Origin: Alphaproteobacteria bacterium
GTDB taxonomy: Bacteria; Pseudomonadota; Alphaproteobacteria; UBA9219; RFNS01
Direction: 5' to 3'
DNA: 55,102 nt
Assembly: GCA_009927055.1 (NCBI GenBank)
Contig: RFNS01000061.1
Coordinates: 1-55,102, forward strand
Part shown: piece after piece, positions 54,838 through 55,102 of the stretch
Numbering within the stretch: position 1 is the first letter of the stretch
How the letters are laid out: every line of letters starts with the position of its first letter
Made by a program: the position numbers and the translations under genes
Notes under the pieces: model-generated
What the model was told of the DNA's origin: nothing
The model's database searches: none
The model's input: only the letters and a program-made list of their open reading frames with translations

Positions 54838-54843
54838 AGAAAA

Positions 54844-54937
54844 TGGCGGAGACGGAGGGATTCGAACCCTCGATACGCCTTTACAAGCGTATAACGGTTT
54901 AGCAAACCGCCGCCTTCAGCCACTCGGCCACGTCTCC
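54844..54937 (-). tRNA. tRNA-Ser(GCT)
   Basis: GGAGACG/CGTCTCC acceptor stem, anticodon loop TTGCTAA, long variable arm, GTTCGAATC, encoded CCA. Confidence 0.96.
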
Positions 54938-55075
54938 ACGCTATTATCTCAACCACGCGAAGGCGAGTGGCTGAGGGATTTTCACGCTTCCTGGGCCACT
55001 TGGGGTGTTGGGGTGCGCGGTTCCTGGAAGGATATAGCACGACCGCAGGGCCGCACAAAACTTATTTGTCAACAT

Positions 55076-55102
55076 TGGCGCACCCGAGAAGATTCGAACT
55101 CC
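55076..55102 (-). tRNA. 3' end of a second tRNA (probably Arg), cut by window edge
   Basis: GGAGTTCGAATCTTCTCGGGTGCGCCA: T-loop, acceptor strand, CCA; anticodon not visible. Confidence 0.75.

Larger units (their letters stand above)
331..54843. mobile_element. Composite genomic island (recombinase-ParB element, cargo, defective prophage) adjacent to tRNA-Ser
   Basis: Two large serine recombinases, phage modules, metal and defence cargo; abuts tRNA 3' end; compositional shift and gene truncation at ~330. No att duplication found, so boundaries are approximate. Confidence 0.7.

Noticed and set aside
54759-55058. 99-aa ORF in the track
   Set aside because: Overlaps tRNA-Ser entirely; spurious.
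1-55102. CRISPR or other regularly spaced repeat-spacer array
   Set aside because: None seen; the Cas4-like nuclease sits in a phage replication operon with no cas genes.

Overview
Almost the whole window (~331-54843) is a composite integrated island beside the 3' end of a minus-strand tRNA-Ser(GCT) gene; gene families suggest an alphaproteobacterial host (inference). Left to right: (i) a GC-rich flank and a truncated HTH gene; (ii) a large serine recombinase plus two ParB-like genes (no ParA), then ~280 bp of hairpin-dense non-coding DNA; (iii) a heavy-metal locus: cnrYXH-like anti-sigma/sensor/ECF sigma, an RND efflux triad, His-rich periplasmic proteins, lipoproteins and csoR-copA, with three copies of an ECF promoter motif; (iv) Fic, SNF2 helicase and Type III Mod-Res; (v) a minus-strand prophage with lysis genes, a GTA-like tail tip, tape measure, replication genes, a repeat-rich putative origin, a sigma-like factor, a second serine recombinase and a divergent LexA-like operon. 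The prophage has no terminase, portal, capsid, connector or tail tube; a RuvC/tail-chaperone fusion at ~38.9 kb marks the apparent deletion. Two small metal cassettes (deleted ArsR-CDF-lspA; MerR-HMA-GDCCVxC-MerT-like) sit in or beside it. Best candidates for undescribed systems: the recombinase-ParB-ParB-structured element module and a putative LexA-like > two-gene activator > phage sigma cascade with visible DNA motifs. All family calls are by-eye motif recognition; no searches were run.
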